DNA of 64,000 bases, from assembly GCA_029268645.1 (NCBI GenBank), contig JAQWNI010000094.1:6809-70808 (forward strand), written 5' to 3'. The position numbers were made by a program, and so were the translations under genes. This document shows, one piece after another, positions 30,067 through 37,881 of the stretch. The notes beneath the pieces are model-generated. The model saw only the letters and a program-made list of their open reading frames with translations. It was not told the DNA's origin and did not search any database. This DNA comes from Myxococcota bacterium (GTDB lineage: Bacteria > Myxococcota_A > UBA9160 > UBA4427). Position 1 is the first letter of the stretch. Every line of letters begins with the position of its first letter.

Positions 30067-31884
30067 CTAGTCGTCCCGGAGCGCTTCGACCGGATCGAGG
30101 CGAGCCCCGTGGCGGCTCGGGAGCAACGTCGCCCCAAGGGCCAGGATCAAGGCAACAGAAACGACCCCGGCTACCTCGACCGGGTCGACCTGAGACGGCA
30201 ACGTCGAAATCTGATAAACGCTGCTGGGCAACGTATCGACCCCAGTCAATGCTTCGATTTGGGCTTGGACCCAGGAGAGCTGCGTCGAAACGGCGATTCC
30301 CGCTAAAACCCCGAGCGCGACCCCTACCAGACCAATGATGGCGCCCTCAATCGCAAAAACCAACTCAATACTCTCGTCGCGGGCACCCATCGTTTTGAGA
30401 ATTGCCACATCGGACGACTTCGCCATGATCATCATCATCAAGGTCACAACGATCACGAAGGCAGAAACCACCATGATCATGACCAGCAGTAGAAACATCA
30501 AGGATCGGTTGTCATTGAGAGCCCGAAAGAACTGCGGGAACAACTCTTTCCAATCCCGGGCAAAGAAGGGATGCTCCAATTCGTTCTCCACCGCATCCGC
30601 CACACTTCGAGATCGAAAAAAGTCTGTCGTTCTCACCTCGAAGCCTTCGATGCCTTCGCTCGCACCGACAAAGCTCTGTGCGGCCGGCAAGCTCGTGAAT
30701 GCGTAGAGCTCGTCGAACTGAAGAAAACTGGACTCGAACAAACCGACAACCTGGAAGCGCATCAGCTTGGGAGCTGCCCCCAGCGAGTTCGATGCCCCCC
30801 CCTGCGGAGAAATCAGAATGATCGGCTGCCCCACTTCTACTCCCAGAGTTCCGGCAAGAGCTTGGCCCATCACCAACCCTGGAGGCGCAGAGTTCGGAGG
30901 ATCCGGTGGGTCGATGCCTGCCAATTCCCCTTCGATCAATTGATCGGCCAAGCGGGTCACCTCGACGGCACTCACCCTTTCGATCCCTCTCAGGCGAATC
31001 GGTGCAATCCGACCTCGACCATTCCGAACCATCCCATCGACGTCAAGGTAGGGGCTGGCCGCGACCACTCCGGGGACCTGAGCGATCTCTTCAAGAAGGG
31101 GCTCATGATCGACAATCGGGCCGTAATAGCTCTGGACTACAAAATGAGCATAGTTCCCCACGATTTCCTCGCGCCAGGTGCGCTCGAATCCATTCATCAC
31201 TGAGAGAACTGTAACGATCAACCAGACCCCTGCAGCCACAGCCCCGACACAAATAAAAGTAATCACCGAAATAAAGACCTGGCGTCTTTCCGCCAGTAAA
31301 TACCGAACGGCGATGAACCACTCCGCTCGTTTTCGGATCTCGATCAAACCAGCGAGGGCCAGCGGGACCAAACCCAAAACCATGGTCTGCGCCACCATCC
31401 GGATCGCCGAAACCCCGTATTCTACTCGGGAGTCGAAGTCCAAAGACGCTCCCGAAAGAAAGGCCAGCGCCATTCCCAGGCCCGCTGGTAAAACCCCGAG
31501 GCCGAGGCTGCGCCCAAGGACGCCACGCCTCAAGAAAAAGCGGTAGAGCCACATGGACACAAAACACAGGGGCAAAAGGCGAGCGAGTTCCCAGCCCCAG
31601 GCAGACAACCAGGGGGACCAGGCGGCCCCCGCCCACTCGGGGGACGCGATTCGCATGCCCAGGGCTGCCCCTCCCCCACTCCACAGCAGGCCAGCCATCC
31701 CGGCGGAAAGGCGCTGTTGGGAGACCCGTGCAAATCGCGCCAAAACAATCACGGCAGCGACCGCATAAACGACGGCGAGGACGGCCAGAATGCCGGCGAT
31801 CGCCAGAATAAAGAGCACAGAGAGGCCACTTCCAGCTGTCTGAAGAGCGCCCCAGAGTGCCACGAGTGCATCCATCGGACTCAC
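30067..31884 (-). CDS. LolC/LolE-type FtsX-family ABC permease with about 189-aa polytopic N-terminal extension
   Basis: The canonical LolC/E start, FIAVRYLLAERRQVFISVITFICVG, appears only at residue 190. The C-terminus has DVAILKTMGA and an FtsX 3-TM bundle. The upstream 189 codons encode W-rich hydrophobic segments. No ATPase gene is adjacent. Confidence 0.75.
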   Translation of the reverse strand: MSPMDALVALWGALQTAGSGLSVLFILAIAGILAVLAVVYAVAAVIVLARFARVSQQRLSAGMAGLLWSGGGAALGMRIASPEWAGAAWSPWLSAWGWELARLLPLCFVSMWLYRFFLRRGVLGRSLGLGVLPAGLGMALAFLSGASLDFDSRVEYGVSAIRMVAQTMVLGLVPLALAGLIEIRKRAEWFIAVRYLLAERRQVFISVITFICVGAVAAGVWLIVTVLSVMNGFERTWREEIVGNYAHFVVQSYYGPIVDHEPLLEEIAQVPGVVAASPYLDVDGMVRNGRGRIAPIRLRGIERVSAVEVTRLADQLIEGELAGIDPPDPPNSAPPGLVMGQALAGTLGVEVGQPIILISPQGGASNSLGAAPKLMRFQVVGLFESSFLQFDELYAFTSLPAAQSFVGASEGIEGFEVRTTDFFRSRSVADAVENELEHPFFARDWKELFPQFFRALNDNRSLMFLLLVMIMVVSAFVIVVTLMMMIMAKSSDVAILKTMGARDESIELVFAIEGAIIGLVGVALGVLAGIAVSTQLSWVQAQIEALTGVDTLPSSVYQISTLPSQVDPVEVAGVVSVALILALGATLLPSRHGARLDPVEALRDD

Positions 31885-32038
31885 GGCGCTCCCTCGGACG
31901 CTTGTTTCACAAAAACTCCCTCCGAACTCAAAGGTCCAGCAGCCTTCGGCTTGATGCCAGCAAAGATCTGAACCCCGGGGCTGCTAAGATCCCCGATTCA
32001 AAGCAACCGGTCCACCCGGGCCGCAGGAAGAACCAACC

Positions 32039-32848
32039 ATGCCCCATTCGCTCACGCCGGGCGAGCGAGACCGCTACGAGAAGGAGGGTTTCTTCTCTCG
32101 CAATCAGGTCTTCTCACCTCAAGAAATCGAACACCTGCGCCAGGCCACGGAATCGGTCCATGCCCAGGTCCTCGACGCCGCCGGTTCCCTGGAATCCGGC
32201 AAAGTCGAGCAGATCGACAACCAGAAATTTCAAGAAGTACTCGGCTCGACGATCAAGTGGGAGTGGAGTGACGACCTCCGGGCCATTCGCTCAATGGAAC
32301 CGGTGCACCATCTAGAGGCTCGGCTGGCCCAACTGGTGGACGATCCACGAATCTGGGGGCCTTGTGCCGATATCATCGGCCAGAACCATCTCTCGCTCTT
32401 CAGTGACAAAATGAATGTCAAACGACCCGGGGGAGCCCCATTTCCCTGGCACCAGGAAGGCCCCTACTGGGCCTATGGTGCCGAAGACCTTGAGCACGTG
32501 GTGACCCTGATCATCTATCTCGACGATGCACATGAAGACAACGGATGCCTCTGGGTCATCCCCGGCACCCATCGATACGGAGCCTTGGAATCCCTCAAAG
32601 ATCGAGGGACTTTGGGACGCCTCTACACGGATGTCGACCGACTCGAAGAAAAACCGTTTCCGATCGCCCTGCCCGCCGGATCTGTGGCTTGGTTCCATCG
32701 TGACATCGTCCACGGGTCTCAGAGCAACCGGTCGAGTGAAGATCGTCGGGCATTCCTCCTCGCCTACCAACCGGCGGGCCTCCACCAATGGCGCAACGGT
32801 CAGCAGCGTGACGTGGGCCGAGCCAGAGAAAGCATTTCCGCGGACTGA
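32039..32848 (+). CDS. phytanoyl-CoA dioxygenase (PhyH) family Fe(II)/2-oxoglutarate oxygenase
   Basis: N-terminal TPGERDRYEKEGFF, FPWHQEG (HxD/E facial-triad region), and a distal HGSQSNRS. Confidence 0.75.
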   Translation: MPHSLTPGERDRYEKEGFFSRNQVFSPQEIEHLRQATESVHAQVLDAAGSLESGKVEQIDNQKFQEVLGSTIKWEWSDDLRAIRSMEPVHHLEARLAQLVDDPRIWGPCADIIGQNHLSLFSDKMNVKRPGGAPFPWHQEGPYWAYGAEDLEHVVTLIIYLDDAHEDNGCLWVIPGTHRYGALESLKDRGTLGRLYTDVDRLEEKPFPIALPAGSVAWFHRDIVHGSQSNRSSEDRRAFLLAYQPAGLHQWRNGQQRDVGRARESISAD

Positions 32849-33018
32849 AATACCGGACGCTCGATCGCGGCCCCCTACGGACCATCTGCAAACCGGCGGT
32901 CGCTGATGACCTGCTGGCCTCGCAGTTCTCCGGCAAAACCACCCACGTACCCGCGGGGATCTTGCGTCGATCGCGAGGCTCTTCCCCTGCCCTCGAGAGA
33001 TATCCCTGCGCTGGCCTT

Positions 33019-33042
33019 GTAAACTAACGCTAGTTAGTTTAC
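33019..33042. promoter_or_regulatory. candidate TetR operator: 10-bp perfect inverted repeat with a 4-bp spacer
   Basis: gtaaactaac-gcta-gttagtttac. It is AT-rich within GC-rich DNA and ends 11 bp upstream of the TetR ATG (33054). Confidence 0.5.
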
Positions 33043-33053
33043 GATGACTCCGA

Positions 33054-33743
33054 ATGAATCCCCCCGCTCGCCCCAACACTGATCAGGCCTCGCGCCCGAC
33101 CCCGGATCGGATCCTCGACGCCGCTGAGGTCTGCTTTGCTCGGCGGGGGTTCGATGGCACCACCCTCCGCGACATCGCGGAGCGGGTCGGCATTCGAATT
33201 CCAAGCCTCTATAACCACTTTGACGGAAAGCAGAGCATCTATGCCGCTGTCCTGGCCCGCGGCCTGGCCCCCATCCTCGCAATGCTTGCCCGGGCCGTTG
33301 AAGATGGGGATCAAGAGGCCCCTCCGGATCCCCGTCGTTTTGTCACCGAGGTCATGGAAACCCTGGCGATGCACCCCGACCTCCCGAGATTGGTCCAATA
33401 CGAAATGTTGGCCGGTGGAGAGAACCTCGCCCTACTGCTCGAAGGCTGGCTGCGACCCACGATGGAACGCAGTCTCGAACTGTTGCAGGAAACCCCTGCC
33501 GCACGTCATTGGAAACCAGACCAACTGCCGCTTCTACAACTGGCCTTGGTCAACATGCTGATCGGCCACTTCACGATGACCCCCCTCACCGAGCAACTGC
33601 TGGGAAGAGATTCCCAGAGCGTCTTGGGCCTTGAACAGGCGACAGATTTCTACGCACAGGCCGCTGGTCTATTGACCTTCGGCGGCGCCTCTCAGCCTTC
33701 CCCTGAATCAATGCATTCAACCGATATGGAGCACTCCAAGTGA
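33054..33743 (+). CDS. TetR/AcrR family transcriptional regulator
   Basis: HTH region: RILDAAEVCFARRGFDGTTLRDIAERVGIRIPSLYNHFDGKQSIY. The stop overlaps the GTG start of the P450 gene. Confidence 0.85.
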   Translation: MNPPARPNTDQASRPTPDRILDAAEVCFARRGFDGTTLRDIAERVGIRIPSLYNHFDGKQSIYAAVLARGLAPILAMLARAVEDGDQEAPPDPRRFVTEVMETLAMHPDLPRLVQYEMLAGGENLALLLEGWLRPTMERSLELLQETPAARHWKPDQLPLLQLALVNMLIGHFTMTPLTEQLLGRDSQSVLGLEQATDFYAQAAGLLTFGGASQPSPESMHSTDMEHSK

Positions 33744-34972
33744 ATCAATCCGACTTTCGATATCTCGACTCCGCCAACTGGACCCCCGGCATTATGCCTC
33801 GCCTACGTGAACTTCAAGAAAAAGATCCGGTTCACTGGTCGGCACCCGACGAGGTCTTTGTAATCACTCGGTTCGACGACGTCGCTGCCATTTCTAAAAA
33901 CCAGGCACTATTCACCTCAGCCGAGGGAGTTCGGCCTTCCAACCCGGCCAAAATCGGATTGATCGATGAGGCCGAACCCCGACATGGACAGCTTCGTGGG
34001 ATGATCAACAAGGGTTTTACTCCTCGCATGGTCAAGCACCTCGAAACTGTCTTCCGTGGCATCACTCAAGATGCGATCGATTCGGTGGCCCGTCAGGGGC
34101 ATTGCGATTTCGTAAAATCCATTTCAGTTCCCCTGCCCTTACTCCTGATCGCCGAAATGCTCGGAATCCGACCCGAAGATCGAGATCGATTCCATCAATG
34201 GTCCGATGCGATGATCGCCGGCGACGGGAATTTCGACAAACCGGAAATCATGGCAGCTGCCGGGATGGCCTTCCTGGAATATTCCGCTTATCTAAAAGAA
34301 GTCATCGAGAATCGGAGAGAGCATCCGCAGGACGACCTCATCACAATCCTCGTCGGTGCCAAGGACGACGGGCTTCTCACCCGGTTTGATCAGAACGAGA
34401 ACGTCAACCAACACACCGGGGTGGATCACGGCGATATCGCCACCGACGAACTGATCATGCTCTGCACGATCCTTCTGGTCGCCGGCAACGAAACCACCCG
34501 TAACGGCATCTCGGGGGGCATGGAATTGCTGATCGAGCACCCCGAACAGCGTCAATGCCTGATCGATGATCCCTCACTCATCCCGGCCGCCGTTGAGGAA
34601 ATGCTGCGGTTCGTGTCTCCGGTCCACAGCTTCTCTCGCACTGTCACTCAAGACACCGAACTCCACGGAGTCTCGATTCGAAAGGGACAACACGTGCTGA
34701 TGGTCTACCCGATCGCGAACCGGGATCCCCGAACCTTCGAGAACCCCGACGTCTTCGACATCACTCGTAATCCCGCCCATGTCGCGTTCGGCATTGGCAG
34801 CCATTTTTGTCTAGGTGCCAACCTCGCTCGAATGGAAATGCGGGTCGCCTTCGAAGAATTGCTTCGACGTATCCCCGACATGTCTTATACCACCGGAGGA
34901 CCCACCTTGGTCCCCTCGGCGCTGGTTCGAAGCTGCACCGAGATGCAGGTGGCGTTCACCCCAGAGCAGTGA
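33740..34972 (+). CDS. cytochrome P450
   Basis: I-helix LLVAGNETTRNG, ExxR motif (EEMLRF), and heme-thiolate loop FGIGSHFCLGANLAR. Confidence 0.9.
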   Translation: MNQSDFRYLDSANWTPGIMPRLRELQEKDPVHWSAPDEVFVITRFDDVAAISKNQALFTSAEGVRPSNPAKIGLIDEAEPRHGQLRGMINKGFTPRMVKHLETVFRGITQDAIDSVARQGHCDFVKSISVPLPLLLIAEMLGIRPEDRDRFHQWSDAMIAGDGNFDKPEIMAAAGMAFLEYSAYLKEVIENRREHPQDDLITILVGAKDDGLLTRFDQNENVNQHTGVDHGDIATDELIMLCTILLVAGNETTRNGISGGMELLIEHPEQRQCLIDDPSLIPAAVEEMLRFVSPVHSFSRTVTQDTELHGVSIRKGQHVLMVYPIANRDPRTFENPDVFDITRNPAHVAFGIGSHFCLGANLARMEMRVAFEELLRRIPDMSYTTGGPTLVPSALVRSCTEMQVAFTPEQ

Positions 34973-35050
34973 GGCAAAGGGCCAAGCCCGAGTGATCCTT
35001 CTGAGGTGTCAAAGGCTGGCGAGAACCGAGCTCAAAAAAAATCTACGGGT

Positions 35051-35584
35051 TCAGCGATCGAGTAGAAGATCGCAGAGTGACTCAAAGGAATCGTCGGCGA
35101 TCGCCCTCATTTCTTCGTCCGTTCGGTCCTGGATCGGATGAGGGACATAGATCGCCGCAGCTTCGGATCCAAGGGCTGCCGCCTGTTGATCAGCGCCATC
35201 TTCAAAAACATCACTCGCCACGAAAACACTCGGGACGCCGAGAATTTCTAGGTTTATCGTGTCGTGCACACTGCACGACGTACAGCTCCCTCAATCCGCG
35301 AGCGCCTCCACAACCGCTTCGCATTCCTCGGCAATCTGGCGACGCACATCAACTGGGGCCGGCTTCGTAAACGTGGGCTTCTTGTAACGTCGGACCTGGG
35401 CTCCTTCTTCTCGAAAGCGCTCTTCCAGCCGATCGAGAAAGAGGTCTCCTCGCGCCTTCGAGATATCCAACAGTCCCAGCGTCAGCCCATTCAACGTCTT
35501 CGGTCTCGGCAACCGAGCCCGTCCGACCGGCGCGCGCTCGGCAGTCGGATCCAGGACAACCGCCCCATGTGCTCGAAAACTCAT
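35051..35584 (-). CDS. candidate selenoprotein with a U-G-S-C motif (in-frame TGA at 35293..35291 read as selenocysteine); 177 codons
   Basis: Track ORFs 35291..35584 and 35051..35269 are in the same frame and are separated only by TGA plus 7 sense codons, giving ...EALAD-U-GSCTSCS-VHDTINLEILGVP.... The hairpin starts 11 nt after the TGA. The downstream piece has only a GTG start and no well-spaced SD. The ATG at 35584 overlaps the upstream gene's stop (ATGA). Confidence 0.75.
35261..35279 (-). promoter_or_regulatory. SECIS-like hairpin downstream of the in-frame UGA
   Basis: mRNA: UGA-GGGAGCUGUAC-[GUCGUGCA-GUG-UGCACGAC]. The stem is a perfect 8-bp pairing, or 7 bp with a 5-nt AGUGU loop. 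The apical loop contains G-U. The stem begins exactly 11 nt after the UGA. Confidence 0.55.
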
Positions 35585-37029
35585 CCTCTAATCTCCTGAC
35601 AAACTGGCTGGCTTCCCATCTCGCCCGTCACCCAGCCACCAATCATGGCGGAGAAGAGGCCGGCTTCGCCACCGCAATGAACGATGAGGATACCCCCCGG
35701 CCTGAACTTAGGAAGCACCTTGGCTTGAACCGTCTCTGGGATGCCTTCAGCGACGCCATCCGCCCCACGCAGCAGCTCTTCTCTCGGAATCAGAAGCAAC
35801 TCGTGGAGGCGCGAGAGCAGGGATTTTTTATCCCAACCGGCTTCGGCGAAAACCCGAGCGTGTTCGGGTCCGATCGCCAAGAGGCAATCAAAAGCCATGA
35901 CTGCCTTCGGGTGGTGAAGGCTCCTTAGATTCATCGCATAACTACGGACTAAGGCCTCAGGGTCACGTGCCAGCTGATCGACGATGGTTCGAGGCCCCTC
36001 CCCCGGAAAAAGAGTGACTGTATTCTGGCCCGCATCCGCGCCAAGATCCGTCGAAAGAGGCGACCAAGGTGAGCCCTCCTCATCCTCCGCAAAGCAGAAC
36101 CCGACTTTTCCGGGGTTGCCGAACGTCGCACGGTCGATCTCCCCGGGTCGCCCGCCCCCGACATTGCGCACGACGAGTTGGAGAGCACGCCCAATCGTCG
36201 AATTCGCTCGGTTTCCCTGACCAAAAACATTACGCCCGGAGTTCATGCCCAGTGCCCGACGGATGGGGCCGTTCACCACGAGAACGGGACCAGCCGTCAT
36301 CGTCGTAGCAAGCAAGCCATGAATATTGAAAGCCTCCGTACACGCCGCCTCGACCGCCGCCAGTACGACCGGCAAATACTCGGGCTTACAGCCCGCAAGG
36401 ACCGCGTTGATGGCCACTTTCTCCACCGTACACGGGGCAAGGTCAGGAGGGACATGGGCCACGATCTCGTCGGGGGCACGCGAGGTGCCCTCAAGCATCG
36501 CCAGGACTCTGCGCTGGGTGGGCGGCACAACCGGCAATCCGTCAGTCCAGCCCCTTTCGTAGAGGGCTTCCACTTCATCTTCGGCCGTTCCAAACTCGAT
36601 CCGCCGAGACTGAAGAGAGTGATCGCCGAATCGAACTTGGAGATCAAGCGCAACTTCCGGGTCCACCGAAGCCGAACCGCAGCCGGGGCGAAGCGCGGGC
36701 AAACCAGCCCCCAGCCCCTCCTGTCCCGTGAGCAGTTCCCAGTCCCCCCGGTGCCAACCCACGGTGCGTTCGACCTCGACACCGGCCTCCACTCGCAAAA
36801 GCGTGGGGACCACTTCAATCCGGTGTCTGTAGGAGGCCTCGAGGTCTGTATCGTCGAGCGGCTGGAGGTTCGGCGGGAAAGACGAGTCATCTTGGGTGTA
36901 GACTGTCACCTTCAGCCGCTCAGCCAAATCTCTCAAGATCGGAACCACCAGCCCACACGTAGGGCAGTCCCGCTTCACAAACGCAACCAAGCCCTCCGGC
37001 AAGGGGGGGCGCTCAGCTTCCGGTGCCAT
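35581..37029 (-). CDS. thioredoxin-fold (CPTC) domain fused to a roughly 330-aa uncharacterised domain
   Basis: 482 aa. AGGAGA lies 6 nt upstream of the ATG at 37029. The N-terminus, FVKRDCPTCGLVVPIL...IEVVPTLL, has a CxxC motif and a cis-Pro, indicating a Trx fold. The C-terminal region, GWTDGLPVVPPT...EKVAINAVLAGCKPEYLPV...GQGNRANSTIGRALQL, matches no family I can name. Confidence 0.75.
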   Translation of the reverse strand: MAPEAERPPLPEGLVAFVKRDCPTCGLVVPILRDLAERLKVTVYTQDDSSFPPNLQPLDDTDLEASYRHRIEVVPTLLRVEAGVEVERTVGWHRGDWELLTGQEGLGAGLPALRPGCGSASVDPEVALDLQVRFGDHSLQSRRIEFGTAEDEVEALYERGWTDGLPVVPPTQRRVLAMLEGTSRAPDEIVAHVPPDLAPCTVEKVAINAVLAGCKPEYLPVVLAAVEAACTEAFNIHGLLATTMTAGPVLVVNGPIRRALGMNSGRNVFGQGNRANSTIGRALQLVVRNVGGGRPGEIDRATFGNPGKVGFCFAEDEEGSPWSPLSTDLGADAGQNTVTLFPGEGPRTIVDQLARDPEALVRSYAMNLRSLHHPKAVMAFDCLLAIGPEHARVFAEAGWDKKSLLSRLHELLLIPREELLRGADGVAEGIPETVQAKVLPKFRPGGILIVHCGGEAGLFSAMIGGWVTGEMGSQPVCQEIRG

Positions 37030-37076
37030 CGTCTTTCTCCTAAAAAAAGTCTAGCCCAGCCCCTGGCACCTGGAAC

Positions 37077-37102
37077 GATCCTCGCTCCGCTGAGCGGGGA
37101 TC
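37077..37102. other. 11-bp-stem inverted repeat (gatcctcgctc-cgct-gagcggggatc)
   Basis: Located in the divergent intergenic region between the Trx-fusion gene and the VOC gene. There is one mismatch at the DNA level (a G-U pair in RNA) and no flanking T-run. Confidence 0.4.
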
Positions 37103-37248
37103 CTCAGGCCGCGCCCTTGTCAAAATGCTCCGCCCAGACGACTCAACAGTGTGGGAGAACGGATTCCGCCGGTTTTGCTTGGCGAGGCGTCATTGATGGA
37201 TTACGCTCGGCGGTCATCATTCGATGGGCCGGTTCACCGGGAGGCACG

Positions 37249-37800
37249 ATGGCTGAGTCGTCCGAAGCGCGATCAAAGAGCCTGCACCATGTCGCCTATG
37301 CGACGCGAGACCCCGAGGCGACGTATGCCTTCTACACGGGTCAGCTCGGAATCCCTCTCGTCCACGCGGAGAACCACAAACAAGGCGACGGTTTCTTCCG
37401 CCACTTTTTCTTCGACATGGGACGGGGGGACTATCTCGCCTTTTTTCAAATCGGAGATGTCGGCGAGAAGGAAGACTACCGCACGGACGTATCCACTGGA
37501 GCAGGGCTTCCGGTCTGGGTCAACCACGTCGCTTTTCGAGTCGATAGCCATGAAGAACTCGACGCGATGAACGCCCGAATGCAATCTCGAGGCGTCGAGC
37601 ATATCCACGAAGTGGATCACGGTTGGTGCCGTTCCATCTACACTGTGGATCCAAACGGAATTATGGTGGAGTTTTGCGTGACCACCGATCAAAAAGCCTT
37701 TGAGCAGACCGAAGAAGAAGCCCTCCGTCTCCTAAGGCTCCCACCCGACCAAATTTCGGAAGACAGTCGCAAGGAACCCGCCTCTTCCAAACGCCCTTAA
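37249..37800 (+). CDS. VOC (glyoxalase/bleomycin-resistance/dioxygenase) family protein
   Basis: 183 aa from ATG 37249: LHHVAYATRDPEATYAFYTGQLG...NHVAFRV...DPNGIMVEF. The upstream 357 codons of track ORF 36178..37800 are an antisense shadow. Confidence 0.8.
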   Translation: MAESSEARSKSLHHVAYATRDPEATYAFYTGQLGIPLVHAENHKQGDGFFRHFFFDMGRGDYLAFFQIGDVGEKEDYRTDVSTGAGLPVWVNHVAFRVDSHEELDAMNARMQSRGVEHIHEVDHGWCRSIYTVDPNGIMVEFCVTTDQKAFEQTEEEALRLLRLPPDQISEDSRKEPASSKRP

Positions 37801-37881
37801 CCGCACCGCCCCTAACTTTTATCCGCCCGTCGCAAGACCTGGGCGGCCCGAGCGCCCGGGAAGCACGCGCAAGCGAGAAGT

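Noticed and set aside
35051-35584. Interpretation as two independent small genes (97 aa + 72 aa).
   Set aside because: The two pieces share a frame and are separated by only a 21-nt gap after a TGA. The second piece has no ATG and no well-spaced SD. A SECIS-like hairpin lies at the canonical distance. The UxxC motif spans the junction. A single Sec-containing gene is more parsimonious, though it remains unproven.
37064-37069. A TGGCAC element (sigma-54 -24-like) near the Sec-operon, given that an NtrC-type regulator is in the window.
   Set aside because: The required -12 element (TTGC, 5 nt downstream) is absent; the sequence there is acga.
36178-37248. The first 357 codons of the 540-aa + strand ORF 36178..37800.
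   Set aside because: It is antisense to the well-supported Trx-fusion gene and its composition is low-complexity and Arg/Pro/Ser-rich. Only the last 183 codons, from ATG 37249, look like a real VOC protein. This is a typical GC-rich shadow ORF.
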